Notes under the pieces: generated by a model | Seen by the model: the letters and a program-made list of their open reading frames with translations, nothing else | What the model was told of the DNA's origin: nothing | The model's database searches: none | In this document: in pieces, positions 17,688 to 26,705 of the stretch | Layout: each line of letters begins with the position of its first letter | Position numbering within the stretch: the first letter of the stretch is position 1 | Made by a program: the position numbers and the translations under genes | Source: a bacterium | Lineage (GTDB): Bacteria; Sysuimicrobiota; Sysuimicrobiia; Sysuimicrobiales; Segetimicrobiaceae | DNA length: 64,000 nucleotides | Assembly: GCA_035307765.1 (NCBI GenBank) | Contig: DATGHU010000041.1 | Span: forward strand, 22,089-86,088 | Direction: 5' to 3'

Positions 17688-18947
17688 TTGATGGTTAATT
17701 CGGAGTCCCGTAACGAGCGCACGTCCGGCACTCTCGACCCCCTCGTCCCGGGCGGGGCCGCGCCCGGCGGGACGGACCTGGAATCACGCCTCTGGCTGAA
17801 CAACGTGCTGCAGGTTGTCTCGACCGCGGCGTGGTATGTTGCCGCGCCGTTCATCCCCCTCTACCTTGCCTCCCAGGGGACATCGGTCGGGGTCATCGGA
17901 GGGATCATCGGGCTTTCCGGTGTCGTGCCGCTGCTGATTTCCCTCCACGCCGGCGCGTTGGTGGATGAACGCGGTCCCGCCCTGGTCACCAAAGGCGCGG
18001 TGCTTCTGTACGCGGTTGCCGGGGTGACCCTGACCGCCCTGCATGCTGTCTGGCCGGTGGCCGTCGCATACGCGCTCATGGGGATCGCTAACATCGGGTT
18101 TGCGGTGGCCTCGCAAGCCGTGGTTGCCGCGGCGAGCACCCCGGCCACGCGAGTCCGGAACTATGGGTACTATTCCCTTTGGAACTCGGCCGGAGCGGTC
18201 GTCGGCCCGGTCATCGGGGGTTTCGTCACGGGGCAGTTCGGGTACCAGACGGCGTTCGCGACGGTGTGGCTCCTGATGATCCCCTCATTTGCGATCGCCG
18301 GGACGCTCCGGGGTGTGCCGGCTCCCCTTCGGCGCCCTGTCTCGTTCGCGACGGCCCACACGCTTGCCGGCCCGATCCTCCGCGAACGGGAAGTGCGCGC
18401 CGTTCTCTTCATCTCGTTCATGGTGGTGTGCGGGCAGACGCTGCAGCAGTCGTTCTATCCACTCTACCTGCACAAGGCGGGTCTATCCCCAACCCTGATC
18501 GGGGTCATCATCGCCGCGATCAGCCTGGGCTCGATGGTTGTTCGCTCGTCCCTGACGCGGGGCGTGGAGTGGTTTGGCTACGCATGGCTGCTCCTTGGCG
18601 CGACTGCGCTGTTGGCCGTCACGCTGGGCATCACACCACTGGTGCGACAATTCTGGCCGCTGATCTTGGTGTCGGGGCTGATGGGAGCGAGTCTCGGCTT
18701 CACCCAGCCACTCACCATGAGCTTGATGGTAGAATCGGTCGGCGCGGAGTCCTGGGGGGTGGCCTTTGGGATGCGTCAGGGGGTGCAGCGCATCGGGGCG
18801 ATCATGAGCCCGATCGTCTTCGGGCTGGTGACCGCGGCCTCGGGGGTCGAGTCGGCGTTCTTCCTCGGCGGTGCCACGCTTCTGGGCGCTGTGCCTATTA
18901 TGTCAAGCATCACCCGGCATCTCCGCCGCGCACCGCGCTCGCCCTGA
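17688..18947 (+). CDS. MFS transporter
   Basis: About 12 predicted TM helices, with a GALVDERGP loop after TM2 typical of MFS. Start is uncertain. Confidence 0.8.
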   Translation: MMVNSESRNERTSGTLDPLVPGGAAPGGTDLESRLWLNNVLQVVSTAAWYVAAPFIPLYLASQGTSVGVIGGIIGLSGVVPLLISLHAGALVDERGPALVTKGAVLLYAVAGVTLTALHAVWPVAVAYALMGIANIGFAVASQAVVAAASTPATRVRNYGYYSLWNSAGAVVGPVIGGFVTGQFGYQTAFATVWLLMIPSFAIAGTLRGVPAPLRRPVSFATAHTLAGPILREREVRAVLFISFMVVCGQTLQQSFYPLYLHKAGLSPTLIGVIIAAISLGSMVVRSSLTRGVEWFGYAWLLLGATALLAVTLGITPLVRQFWPLILVSGLMGASLGFTQPLTMSLMVESVGAESWGVAFGMRQGVQRIGAIMSPIVFGLVTAASGVESAFFLGGATLLGAVPIMSSITRHLRRAPRSP

Positions 18948-19022
18948 TTGCAACACACGGATGAGCGATCGGGGGCGCGTGCCGCCCTGCAGACCCTCAG
19001 CCTCTGGGGGTGAGGTTGAAGC

Positions 19023-19958
19023 TTAGGCGGGTTTGGCCACGATATACACAAGGGCTGAGCCCTCTATGGTGCAGATTTGGGGACGCATGAGCATCATCGC
19101 GGTTTGTTCATGGGGAGCGGTGAAGACCTGTAATTCGGCCAGGGTGTGCAGGTCGAGGATCTTGCCCAGCTCAGTTCCCGCTGGGATGATAGTGCCCACA
19201 GCACCTTCCCTGAGCGTGGGCACGAAAATCCCGCCCACTTTGGCGCGCATGGCTTCCGTTGCGCTCACATCGATGGCTTTATCGGCCGGCGCGGGGGGAG
19301 CGCCAAGGGTGATGACGCCGAGATTAAAGAGGGCACGCTCGAGGCCTTTGGCATTGCGTTCGGCCCAATACATTTCCCTGCTCGAACGCCCGCCCACTTC
19401 AACATTCGCGACTTTCATGCCCAGCGAGCGGGCGTAGGTGGTGAGGCCGCCGCGCTTGTTGGGGGCATTGCTGATGAAAGGCGCTCCTAGATCAGTCGCC
19501 AACTGCTCGGATCCTTCGAAGCGTTTGACGAAAGCGTTGACGCACCAGGTACCGCCGCCATGAAGGTCGATGACCACATCGCTGTCAGCGATCAACGGGG
19601 CAATGGACGCCGCAAGGCGGTCAGTGTGTGAGCCGCCCGCGTTGCCCGGGAACACGCTGTCCAGGTCGATAGGATTGGGGGAGTCGATCCAGGAGTTGCG
19701 ACGCTCGACCTCGGCCGCGAGCGCATTGGCCGTGAAAATCACACGCAGGCGACCGGTGAGGGTCGCTATGGAGCGCAGGCAGAACATTTTGATTGCCAGG
19801 GCAGACCAGGGTCCTTCGTCGCCATGCGTCCCAGCGATGAGGGTCACGCGAGTGCCCGTTGTCCCGGTTTCGCCATATTTCAGCGGGATGTACTGAGCGG
19901 CGGCGTGGGCAGTGATTCGAACTTCGTGCCATTCCAAAGATTCATAAATCGTCCTCAA
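19023..19958 (-). CDS. succinylglutamate desuccinylase/aspartoacylase (AstE/AspA) family zinc hydrolase
   Basis: VTLIAGTHGDEGPWSA provides the HxxE zinc ligands and VVIDLHGGG the third His. The only available start is TTG 19958. Confidence 0.8.
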   Translation of the reverse strand: MRTIYESLEWHEVRITAHAAAQYIPLKYGETGTTGTRVTLIAGTHGDEGPWSALAIKMFCLRSIATLTGRLRVIFTANALAAEVERRNSWIDSPNPIDLDSVFPGNAGGSHTDRLAASIAPLIADSDVVIDLHGGGTWCVNAFVKRFEGSEQLATDLGAPFISNAPNKRGGLTTYARSLGMKVANVEVGGRSSREMYWAERNAKGLERALFNLGVITLGAPPAPADKAIDVSATEAMRAKVGGIFVPTLREGAVGTIIPAGTELGKILDLHTLAELQVFTAPHEQTAMMLMRPQICTIEGSALVYIVAKPA

Positions 19959-20099
19959 GTGAGAACCCCCCCGAAGGTGAGTGAACTATGTTCGTCTTGA
20001 TGGAAGCGCACACGGCGTGCAAGCCCGTCAGGTGAGTTGCCGCTCGGCAAGGCGGATTGACATGCGCGAGAAGCCTGGGCGCCGGAACGTCGGGCTGTG

Positions 20100-20936
20100 C
20101 TATTCCACACGATTCCTGTACCATTCTTGGCGTGCGCGAAAATCGTCCGGATAGAGTGTGACCTTTTCGACCGCGAACTCAAACTCGTCACCTTCTCGGG
20201 CGATGGTCTGGACGAGCTTCGCGGCGTCGAAGCGGTAGCCGCTGAACCGGCTGGGCGGCTGCGCGGCGAGCCACACCCATGCCTTGCCGAGTTCGACCGG
20301 ATCCGCCCATTTCGCTCTGAGTTCCGCCGGGGTTTGATCGTACTCTGCCCAGGTCATGCGGGTCGGTTTGATGCGGGCGCCCGGGCCGATCGTATTGAGT
20401 GCGATGTTGTGGGATCGAGCTTCGAGCGAGAGTGCCTTGACGAATCCTTCGGCGCCGTGTTTGATCGTGCAGTAGGCGATCTCCTCTTCGTAGCCGCGTA
20501 TGCTGGAGCCGCTGGCGATGCCCATGATGTGACCTCCGCCTTGCGCTTTCATCTGATTCCAAACCGCGTACGTACAATTGAATAGTCCGCCCATGCCGAC
20601 ATTGATCTGGCGCGTCCATTCTCCCGGCGTGGTCGCGTCAAAGGTGATCAGCGGCATGTAAATCGCGTTATGCACCACCACATCGAGGCGCCCCCAGTGG
20701 TCGAGGATCTTTTTCACGACGCTTTGGCACTCGGCGAGGTCGGCAACGTCGGAGCGGAAAGTTTGAAAGTCCGTGCCGTCGGCGGCAAGGGTTTGGGCGC
20801 AGCGCGCCAGGTCATCGTCACTGATGTCTGTCACCCCGACCCTCGCGCCCGCAATGCCGAACGCTCGGGCGATACCCCACCCCAACCCGCGCGCCGCACC
20901 GGTGATGAGGGCGACTCCGTTCTTGAGAAGCGTCAT
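20100..20936 (-). CDS. SDR family oxidoreductase
   Basis: VALITGAARGLGWGIARAF glycine-rich loop, NAI motif and catalytic YCTIKHG (YxxxK) are present. ATG 20936 follows GAAGGGA. Confidence 0.85.
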   Translation of the reverse strand: MTLLKNGVALITGAARGLGWGIARAFGIAGARVGVTDISDDDLARCAQTLAADGTDFQTFRSDVADLAECQSVVKKILDHWGRLDVVVHNAIYMPLITFDATTPGEWTRQINVGMGGLFNCTYAVWNQMKAQGGGHIMGIASGSSIRGYEEEIAYCTIKHGAEGFVKALSLEARSHNIALNTIGPGARIKPTRMTWAEYDQTPAELRAKWADPVELGKAWVWLAAQPPSRFSGYRFDAAKLVQTIAREGDEFEFAVEKVTLYPDDFRARQEWYRNRVE

Positions 20937-21101
20937 CGTCCGATCCCTTCGTGTTTCGCGTTTTCGCTCGTCGTCCATTGGGTGGACGATGCTGCGCCCT
21001 TCATCCGGTTGTTGTTCCGGGTGCCATCAACTTCTTGCCCAGGAGGCGACAGACTCGCGCCACCGACGCGGGGCGTCGATGGGGCGGGACCGACCGGTAC
21101 T

Positions 21102-22040
21102 TCAAGCGAGGGTGCGCGGTGAGGGGGCGAACCCGAATTCCCGTTCAAGTGTGTCGCGCAGCTCGCGACCCACGGTGTCCGCCAGGCGCAGGAACGGCGG
21201 CCGCACGTTCCGCCATCTGCCGTCTCCCGACCACGCGGAGAGGAGGTATTTCTGGGCCGGGATCGGCCCGTATTCTTGAATTTTTAGCCTGACCTTCTTC
21301 ACGGCTTCGTGCTGGTGCTTCGCCTCGGCCTGTTGGCCCCGTTGGTGCAACGAGACGATCTTGGCAATCTGCGCCGCATTGATATTGGCGGTGGCGGTGA
21401 TGCAGCCTGGAGCACCGAGCGCGAGTGCCTCCAGCAGCGGCAGCTCCGAGCCCGGATACACGATCAGCCCCGGCACCTCGGTTAACAGTCTTCGCGTATT
21501 CTCCCAGTCACCTGAACTGTCTTTGATCCCCACGATCTGGGCCGGGAATCTCGACCGGAGGCGCTGGATGAGTTCGATGGACAAGCCTACCTGCGAAACC
21601 GGTGGAATATGATACAGATAGATCCGGAGATCGTTTGAAGCGACGCTTTCGATGAGACGGCTAAAATACGCGAACAGGCCTTCGTCGTGGACATTCTTGA
21701 AGTAGAAGGGCGGCAGCACCATCACGCCGGCGCAGCCGCGATCCAGGGCGTGCCGAGTCAGCTTGGTCGTATCGGGCAAGTTCGTCAGGCCTGTACCGGG
21801 AATCAGTTTCTTGGGATCAATGCCGGACTCGATCAAGCCCTCCAGCGCTGCCATCCGTTCCTCAATCCCGAGCGATAGCGCCTCGCCCGTTGTGCCGAAA
21901 GGAGCGAGCCCCGCACAGCCGGTTTCGAGGAGGTGCCGCGAATGACCGGCGAACAGGCTCTGCGCGATGGTCAGATCATCGTGAAACGGTGTGAGGATCG
22001 GCGCGATCACGCCAGAGATTGGCTCAAGCCGGCGTTTCAT
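21102..22040 (-). CDS. dihydrodipicolinate synthase/N-acetylneuraminate lyase family class I aldolase
   Basis: APFGTTGEALSL (GTTGE), YHIP and the Schiff-base lysine context VGIKDSSGD are present. SD AAGGGGGA lies before ATG 22040. Confidence 0.85.
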   Translation of the reverse strand: MKRRLEPISGVIAPILTPFHDDLTIAQSLFAGHSRHLLETGCAGLAPFGTTGEALSLGIEERMAALEGLIESGIDPKKLIPGTGLTNLPDTTKLTRHALDRGCAGVMVLPPFYFKNVHDEGLFAYFSRLIESVASNDLRIYLYHIPPVSQVGLSIELIQRLRSRFPAQIVGIKDSSGDWENTRRLLTEVPGLIVYPGSELPLLEALALGAPGCITATANINAAQIAKIVSLHQRGQQAEAKHQHEAVKKVRLKIQEYGPIPAQKYLLSAWSGDGRWRNVRPPFLRLADTVGRELRDTLEREFGFAPSPRTLA

Positions 22041-22320
22041 CCATTGATTCCCCCTTGTGCGCTACCCGTCTCGGTGATCCTCCCACCCATTATTCGACCA
22101 TCTTCAAGGTTCGAGCTCGGGGCCCCTTCACCTCGATGTCCGGCCCCCACTCGTGGGGGCACCCCGGCCGCCTGCCACGGGTTTCTTTTGATGGAAGAGA
22201 AGTCGTGAATCTCCGTCGAAACGGTCACGGTCGGCTCACGGCGGGCGCCGCGCTCGAGGCGGTTAGGATCAATGGGCTGCCCCGCCTCGAACCGAGCGTT
22301 CGTTGGAAAGGAGGCAGGCG

Positions 22321-22827
22321 ATGGAGGTCTTCGAGGCCGTACGGACCGTACTGGCTGTGCGCGGTTACCAAGAGGGACCTGTGCCGCGGGACGTTACGCG
22401 GCGGATCGTGGAGGCCGGCCGGTTGACGGGGAGCAGCATGAACGGCCAGCCCTGGCAGTTTATTGTCGTTGAGAACCGCGAGACGCTACGGCAGCTGGGT
22501 GCGCTGGCACGAACGGGATCGTACGTGGCGCAAGCACCCCTGGCAGTTGTTGTGGCGATTGAGAAGACGCGATTCGCCATATCCGATGCGAGCCGGGCGA
22601 TCCAATCGATGATCTTGACAGCGTGGGCGAGCGGAGTCGGCTCGAACTGGGTGGGTTTCCTCGGGATGAGCGAGGTGAAGGCACTCCTGGGCATCCCGGA
22701 GGACTTGGACGTACTGGCTATTCTGCCGTTTGGCTATCCGGCGCGGGCCCGCAGCGGGGGGAAGAAGCAGCGCAAGTCGCTTTCTACGGTAGCCCACCGC
22801 GAGCGATTCGGCCAGCCCTTGCCATGA
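22321..22827 (+). CDS. nitroreductase family protein
   Basis: AAAGGAGG lies 7 nt before ATG 22321. RIVEAGRLTGSSMNGQPWQFIVVENRETL is a typical nitroreductase FMN-binding N-terminus. Confidence 0.85.
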   Translation: MEVFEAVRTVLAVRGYQEGPVPRDVTRRIVEAGRLTGSSMNGQPWQFIVVENRETLRQLGALARTGSYVAQAPLAVVVAIEKTRFAISDASRAIQSMILTAWASGVGSNWVGFLGMSEVKALLGIPEDLDVLAILPFGYPARARSGGKKQRKSLSTVAHRERFGQPLP

Positions 22828-23172
22828 CGCCGGTGTTCCGCGCAAGCCCTATGATGGCATCGCTCATTATGCCGAGCCCGGGACTGCTAGATCTATCCGA
22901 CGCTTGCGGTGAAGATGGCGGGGGCCGTACATATCGTTCTTCCCTTGACCAACTCACCCGGGCGATTGGAGGCCGCGGCCCGACCGCCCGGATCGTGCGC
23001 TACGCCTCTGGTCTGCGCGCTGGCCGCCGAAACATGCCCCGGTGCGACTGCGGTCGTCCGGCTGCGAGCCGCCCCGGGTCTCGCCCGTTGGCGGTCTCGC
23101 GGACGCGCCGATTGTGCCCTAACGTCTGAAGCCAGGCCGTTCTGGGCACCTCTTCGGTGAGGGCGGGTTTCT

Positions 23173-24237
23173 TTGCCTTGCTTCGTATTTCTTGCGTTCG
23201 TACCCTACCCAGTCGGAGGTTCGACAATAACGTCAAAGGTGCGAAAGCGGTCTGGTGGCGGGATTGTACAGGGTCCTGATAAATCCCTCGCGTTCTTAGC
23301 TCGGCTGGCGTCCGAGTTTACGACGGTACTCAACCTCTCCGATCTACTACAAAATACGATGCGCATTCTCCAGGAAGAGGTCGAATTCGACTCGTGCATC
23401 GTCTCCCTAATCGAAGGATCATCTCCCAGCGACGCGCTGTGTGTCCGGGGGGCATCGGGACTGAGGGCAGGGCTCCTCGGGGTGACTCTGCCTCGGGGCA
23501 AGGGTCTGCTCTGGGAAATCGTCAAGACAGGGGCGCCGTTGCTCGTCAACGACATGCACCGGGAGAGCCGCTTGTCGGTACGGGAAGAGCATATCCGGTC
23601 GGGCATCTACGCTCCCTTGGTCACGGGCGGTCGAGTGATTGGGGTATTGAGCGCCTATCGCGATAAAATCGGGGCGTTCTTACAGGCGGATCTTGATCTG
23701 CTCACCGTCGTCGCGCGGTACCTGGCGGGCGCGGTAGACGTGGCCCTTCTCCATGAGCGCCTCAAGGAGCTCGCGGCCACCGATGCCCTGACAGGATTGG
23801 CCAATCGTCGGCACTGCCTTGATACCTTGGATGCGGAGATTGCCAGAAGCCGCCGCATGGACCGCCCAATGACTCTGGTGTTGTTGGATCTCAATAACTT
23901 CAAGGTCGTCAACGACGCCTACGGTCACGTGATCGGTGATGCGGTTCTCGTCGACGTTGCGAGCACATTGGCCAGGAAGATACGGGCGTCTGATCTCTTG
24001 GCTCGATTTGGTGGGGACGAATTCGTGCTGATGCTCCCCGAAACGAACGACGTCGACGCTCGTGAGATCCTGGACCGCCTCCAGCCGGTCGCGATCGGGG
24101 TGCTGGGTGACGGCCGCCGCCACAACATCACCTTCAGTTGGGGGACCGCTTCGTTTCCCCAAGATGGCGGCAACCCGGAAGAGTTGCTGAAGGTGGCGGA
24201 TGATCGGATGTTTGCCATGAAACAAGTGGGCGCGTAG
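23173..24237 (+). CDS. GAF domain-containing diguanylate cyclase (GGDEF) with an RxxD inhibitory site
   Basis: The N-terminal half is GAF-like (...DSCIVSLIEG...VIGVLSAY). It continues ATDALTGLANRR, LLDLNNFKVVNDAYGH and RASDLLARFGGDEF, with RxxD five residues before GGDEF. The track start is TTG 23173; the true start is uncertain. Confidence 0.85.
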   Translation: MPCFVFLAFVPYPVGGSTITSKVRKRSGGGIVQGPDKSLAFLARLASEFTTVLNLSDLLQNTMRILQEEVEFDSCIVSLIEGSSPSDALCVRGASGLRAGLLGVTLPRGKGLLWEIVKTGAPLLVNDMHRESRLSVREEHIRSGIYAPLVTGGRVIGVLSAYRDKIGAFLQADLDLLTVVARYLAGAVDVALLHERLKELAATDALTGLANRRHCLDTLDAEIARSRRMDRPMTLVLLDLNNFKVVNDAYGHVIGDAVLVDVASTLARKIRASDLLARFGGDEFVLMLPETNDVDAREILDRLQPVAIGVLGDGRRHNITFSWGTASFPQDGGNPEELLKVADDRMFAMKQVGA

Positions 24238-24331
24238 CCTTTCCTGATCCTCGGGAGACCCCCATTCCCGTGGGAGGCGGATCCACACTCCCCGCGAGCA
24301 GCACGTCGTCCACCGAGGTCGGCCGCTCCGC

Positions 24332-25378
24332 CTACGATAGGACGAAGGCTTCGTTGACCCCCGACTGCTGACTTCCGCCATTCACCGGTGCACCGGCGGG
24401 GATGTAAATCGCCTCGGCGACCACGCCCGCCCCGGTGCCGTGGCGGGGTGTGGGCATTGGGGCCATCGTCGTCCACGTGTCGGTCGTCGGATCGTGCGCC
24501 TCATTTTCGGCGAAAACCCCACCCGCCCGCTCTCCCCCAAACACGAACATGCGTCCAGCCAGCACTCCGACGGCCATGCCGCTGCGGGGAGCGGGCAACG
24601 GCGCGCGAGGGCGCCAACTGCCCGAGGCGGGGTCGTAAACGTCGCGGAGATTGGTGTTGTAGGAAAAAGTGTTGAAGCGGCCGCCGACCGCAAAGATCTT
24701 GCCTCCCAAAACGGCGACGCCCAAGTGATCTCGCCCCTTGGGCAACGGGGCCAGGGCGGTCCACCGATTCGCGGTCGGATCATACACGTCGTGGTCGGCC
24801 ACGCTCACCTCATCCCGTCCCCCGATGAGGTGGAGCTTGCCATTCAGCTCGACGGCCGCGGCGGCGCCCCGCTTGGCGCGAAGGGGCGCCACGGCGCGCC
24901 ATTGGTCGGTGAGCGGGTCATAGACGTTGGCGTCCGGGACGGCGTTCTGATTCTGGGCGGTGAACCCACCAAACGCGTACACTTTCCCACCGACCCCGAC
25001 GGCAGCGACGTGGTTGAGCCCCCGCGGTATGGGAGAACGCGCTCGCCAGGTATCGACACGCGGGTCGTACTCACGGTTAAATGGTTGATCGACGCGGCCG
25101 TTGGCGTAGCCGCCGAGCACGTAGATCCGTCCATTGCATATGGCCACTCCTACCTCGCTCCGGGCGACGGGGAGCGGGGCCTTGGTGACCCATCGGCCAC
25201 GGGCTGCCTGAGCCACCACCCGTGTCACGGTTCGTTTGTTCCACAGGCTGACCGGTGCGGATGCCGCAATCCCCTCCACGGCCAGCCCGGCGAGGGCGCT
25301 TCTCCGGGTCAGCCGCAGTGACGGCAACGATGGGCACTCCCCCCTGGGTTCACTCCCACCCCGCTGGTGGACTTCCAT
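24332..25378 (-). CDS. Tat-exported Kelch-repeat beta-propeller protein
   Basis: GAGGAGG lies before ATG 25378 and a twin-arginine LTRRSALAG signal is present. Five to six repeats of G(K/R)(I/V/L)(Y/F/H)xxGG (GRIYVLGG, GKVYAFGG, GKLHLIGG, GKIFAVGG, GRMFVFGG), each followed by a W-containing strand. Confidence 0.8.
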   Translation of the reverse strand: MEVHQRGGSEPRGECPSLPSLRLTRRSALAGLAVEGIAASAPVSLWNKRTVTRVVAQAARGRWVTKAPLPVARSEVGVAICNGRIYVLGGYANGRVDQPFNREYDPRVDTWRARSPIPRGLNHVAAVGVGGKVYAFGGFTAQNQNAVPDANVYDPLTDQWRAVAPLRAKRGAAAAVELNGKLHLIGGRDEVSVADHDVYDPTANRWTALAPLPKGRDHLGVAVLGGKIFAVGGRFNTFSYNTNLRDVYDPASGSWRPRAPLPAPRSGMAVGVLAGRMFVFGGERAGGVFAENEAHDPTTDTWTTMAPMPTPRHGTGAGVVAEAIYIPAGAPVNGGSQQSGVNEAFVLS

Positions 25379-25601
25379 GGAGCCTCCTCGGGGCGACGTG
25401 CACGGCTTGCGTCTCTTGCATCGCCCGGTTTATGATTCTAGCGAATGCTCCCTCGAGGGTTCGCCGGCGGTGCACCATCCCTCGTCCGCGGCCGGCCCGG
25501 GGTCGTTGGCGCTGCCGGCCTTACGCGACCGGACGTCAATGCGGAATGGGCGGTGCGGAGCAGAGGGCAGAACTCCAGTTGGGGTGACGGGAGGCGGAGG
25601 T

Positions 25602-26642
25602 ATGACGGGACCGGCGTCGGAGGGAGCGGTGCTCCGCGGGCCGCGGGTGTGGCTGCGCGCATTCGTGGGTTTCTATCCGCCTCGGGAGCGCACGGCTGCG
25701 CAACTCGACCCGGTCTCAAAGTTTTTGTTCTCTGCCCGCAGCGTTATTCTTGTCATTTCCGTCCAAGCTGCGGTGATCGCCGGACTGCTGGCTGCGGCCG
25801 ATGGTCGGTTCAACGCGGTGTCCTTTGTCCTCGTGCTCGTTGGATTCGTCACCGCGCACGCCATCAGCAATTTGAGCAATGACTATTTCGGCCACCGACG
25901 GGGCCATGACACACCCGACTCGCCCAGGATCCGATACACGATCCACCCCATCGCCAGCGGGGTGCTCGACGCACAGAGCCTGCTGGTGGGTTTGGCGATC
26001 CTCGCCGCGATTGGGACAGCGATCGCCGCATACTTCTGGATCGTGCGCGGCCTCCCGGCGGTGGGGTACTCCCTGGCCGGGTTGGCTTTACTCTATCTCT
26101 ACGATGCCGCCCCGCGACCGCTGAAGAGCCTCGGCCTGGGCGAGGTGGCCGCGTTCGTGGTCTGGGGTCCCTTGATGGTGGGAGGCGGATACTACGCGAT
26201 CACGGGGCGGTCGTCGCTGACGGCGTTCCTCGCCGCGGTGCCGTATGGGCTCGGGGTGATGTCCATTCTCATCGGCAAACATATCGACCAGGCGGAGTTC
26301 GACCGGACCCACGGGCAGCGCACACTACCCGTGATCCTCGGCGAGCGCCGGGCACGCGCGCTCACCCGGGCGGTCATCGCGGCGATGTACGTCGCCGTGG
26401 TCGCCCTCATCGCGGCGGAACACCTCACGCCGTTCGTTGCGCTCGTCGCCCTCGCGCTGCCCCGGGCCGGCCGCGCCCTTGCGGTGATCGGACGACCCAA
26501 ACCCCTGACGCCGCCTTCGGGGTACGTCGGCTGGCCCCTTTGGTACCACCGCGTCGCGCTGGTCCACAACCGTCTGTTTGGATGGCTGTACATCGCCGGG
26601 CTGGCGATCGGAGCAATCCCGACCGGATTTCGCCCGGGCTAG
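25602..26642 (+). CDS. UbiA-family aromatic prenyltransferase (MenA-like)
   Basis: GGGAGGCGGAGG lies before ATG 25602. Asp-rich motif NLSNDYFGHRRGHD, about 8-9 TM helices and a second motif IGKHIDQAEFD are present. The upstream part of track ORF 25236 overlaps the Kelch gene and was discarded. Confidence 0.8.
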   Translation: MTGPASEGAVLRGPRVWLRAFVGFYPPRERTAAQLDPVSKFLFSARSVILVISVQAAVIAGLLAAADGRFNAVSFVLVLVGFVTAHAISNLSNDYFGHRRGHDTPDSPRIRYTIHPIASGVLDAQSLLVGLAILAAIGTAIAAYFWIVRGLPAVGYSLAGLALLYLYDAAPRPLKSLGLGEVAAFVVWGPLMVGGGYYAITGRSSLTAFLAAVPYGLGVMSILIGKHIDQAEFDRTHGQRTLPVILGERRARALTRAVIAAMYVAVVALIAAEHLTPFVALVALALPRAGRALAVIGRPKPLTPPSGYVGWPLWYHRVALVHNRLFGWLYIAGLAIGAIPTGFRPG

Positions 26643-26705
26643 GCAGCGCTCGGCGGACGTCGCGGCGGCCACCCGCAGCTTCCGCAGGGTCCCGCAGCCC
26701 GCACC

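Noticed and set aside
17205-17698. ORFs 17205..17687 (160 aa) and 17471..17698 (75 aa) in the gap upstream of the MFS gene.
   Set aside because: The compositions are not protein-like (Pro/Arg/Ser/Gly-rich) apart from a short stretch (DVFEIQACRVLCAAPNGGALVDEP…). There is no SD or family motif. The gap is treated as non-coding or a possible relic.
25236-25601. N-terminal extension of the UbiA ORF. The same applies to extensions of 36283 (pyrB), 39071 (binding protein), 42463 (aminotransferase), 58161..59804 (MgtC) and 14344 (znuC).
   Set aside because: The extensions overlap neighbouring genes or translate to Arg/Pro-rich junk. In each case an internal ATG or GTG with a good SD lies right before the conserved domain.
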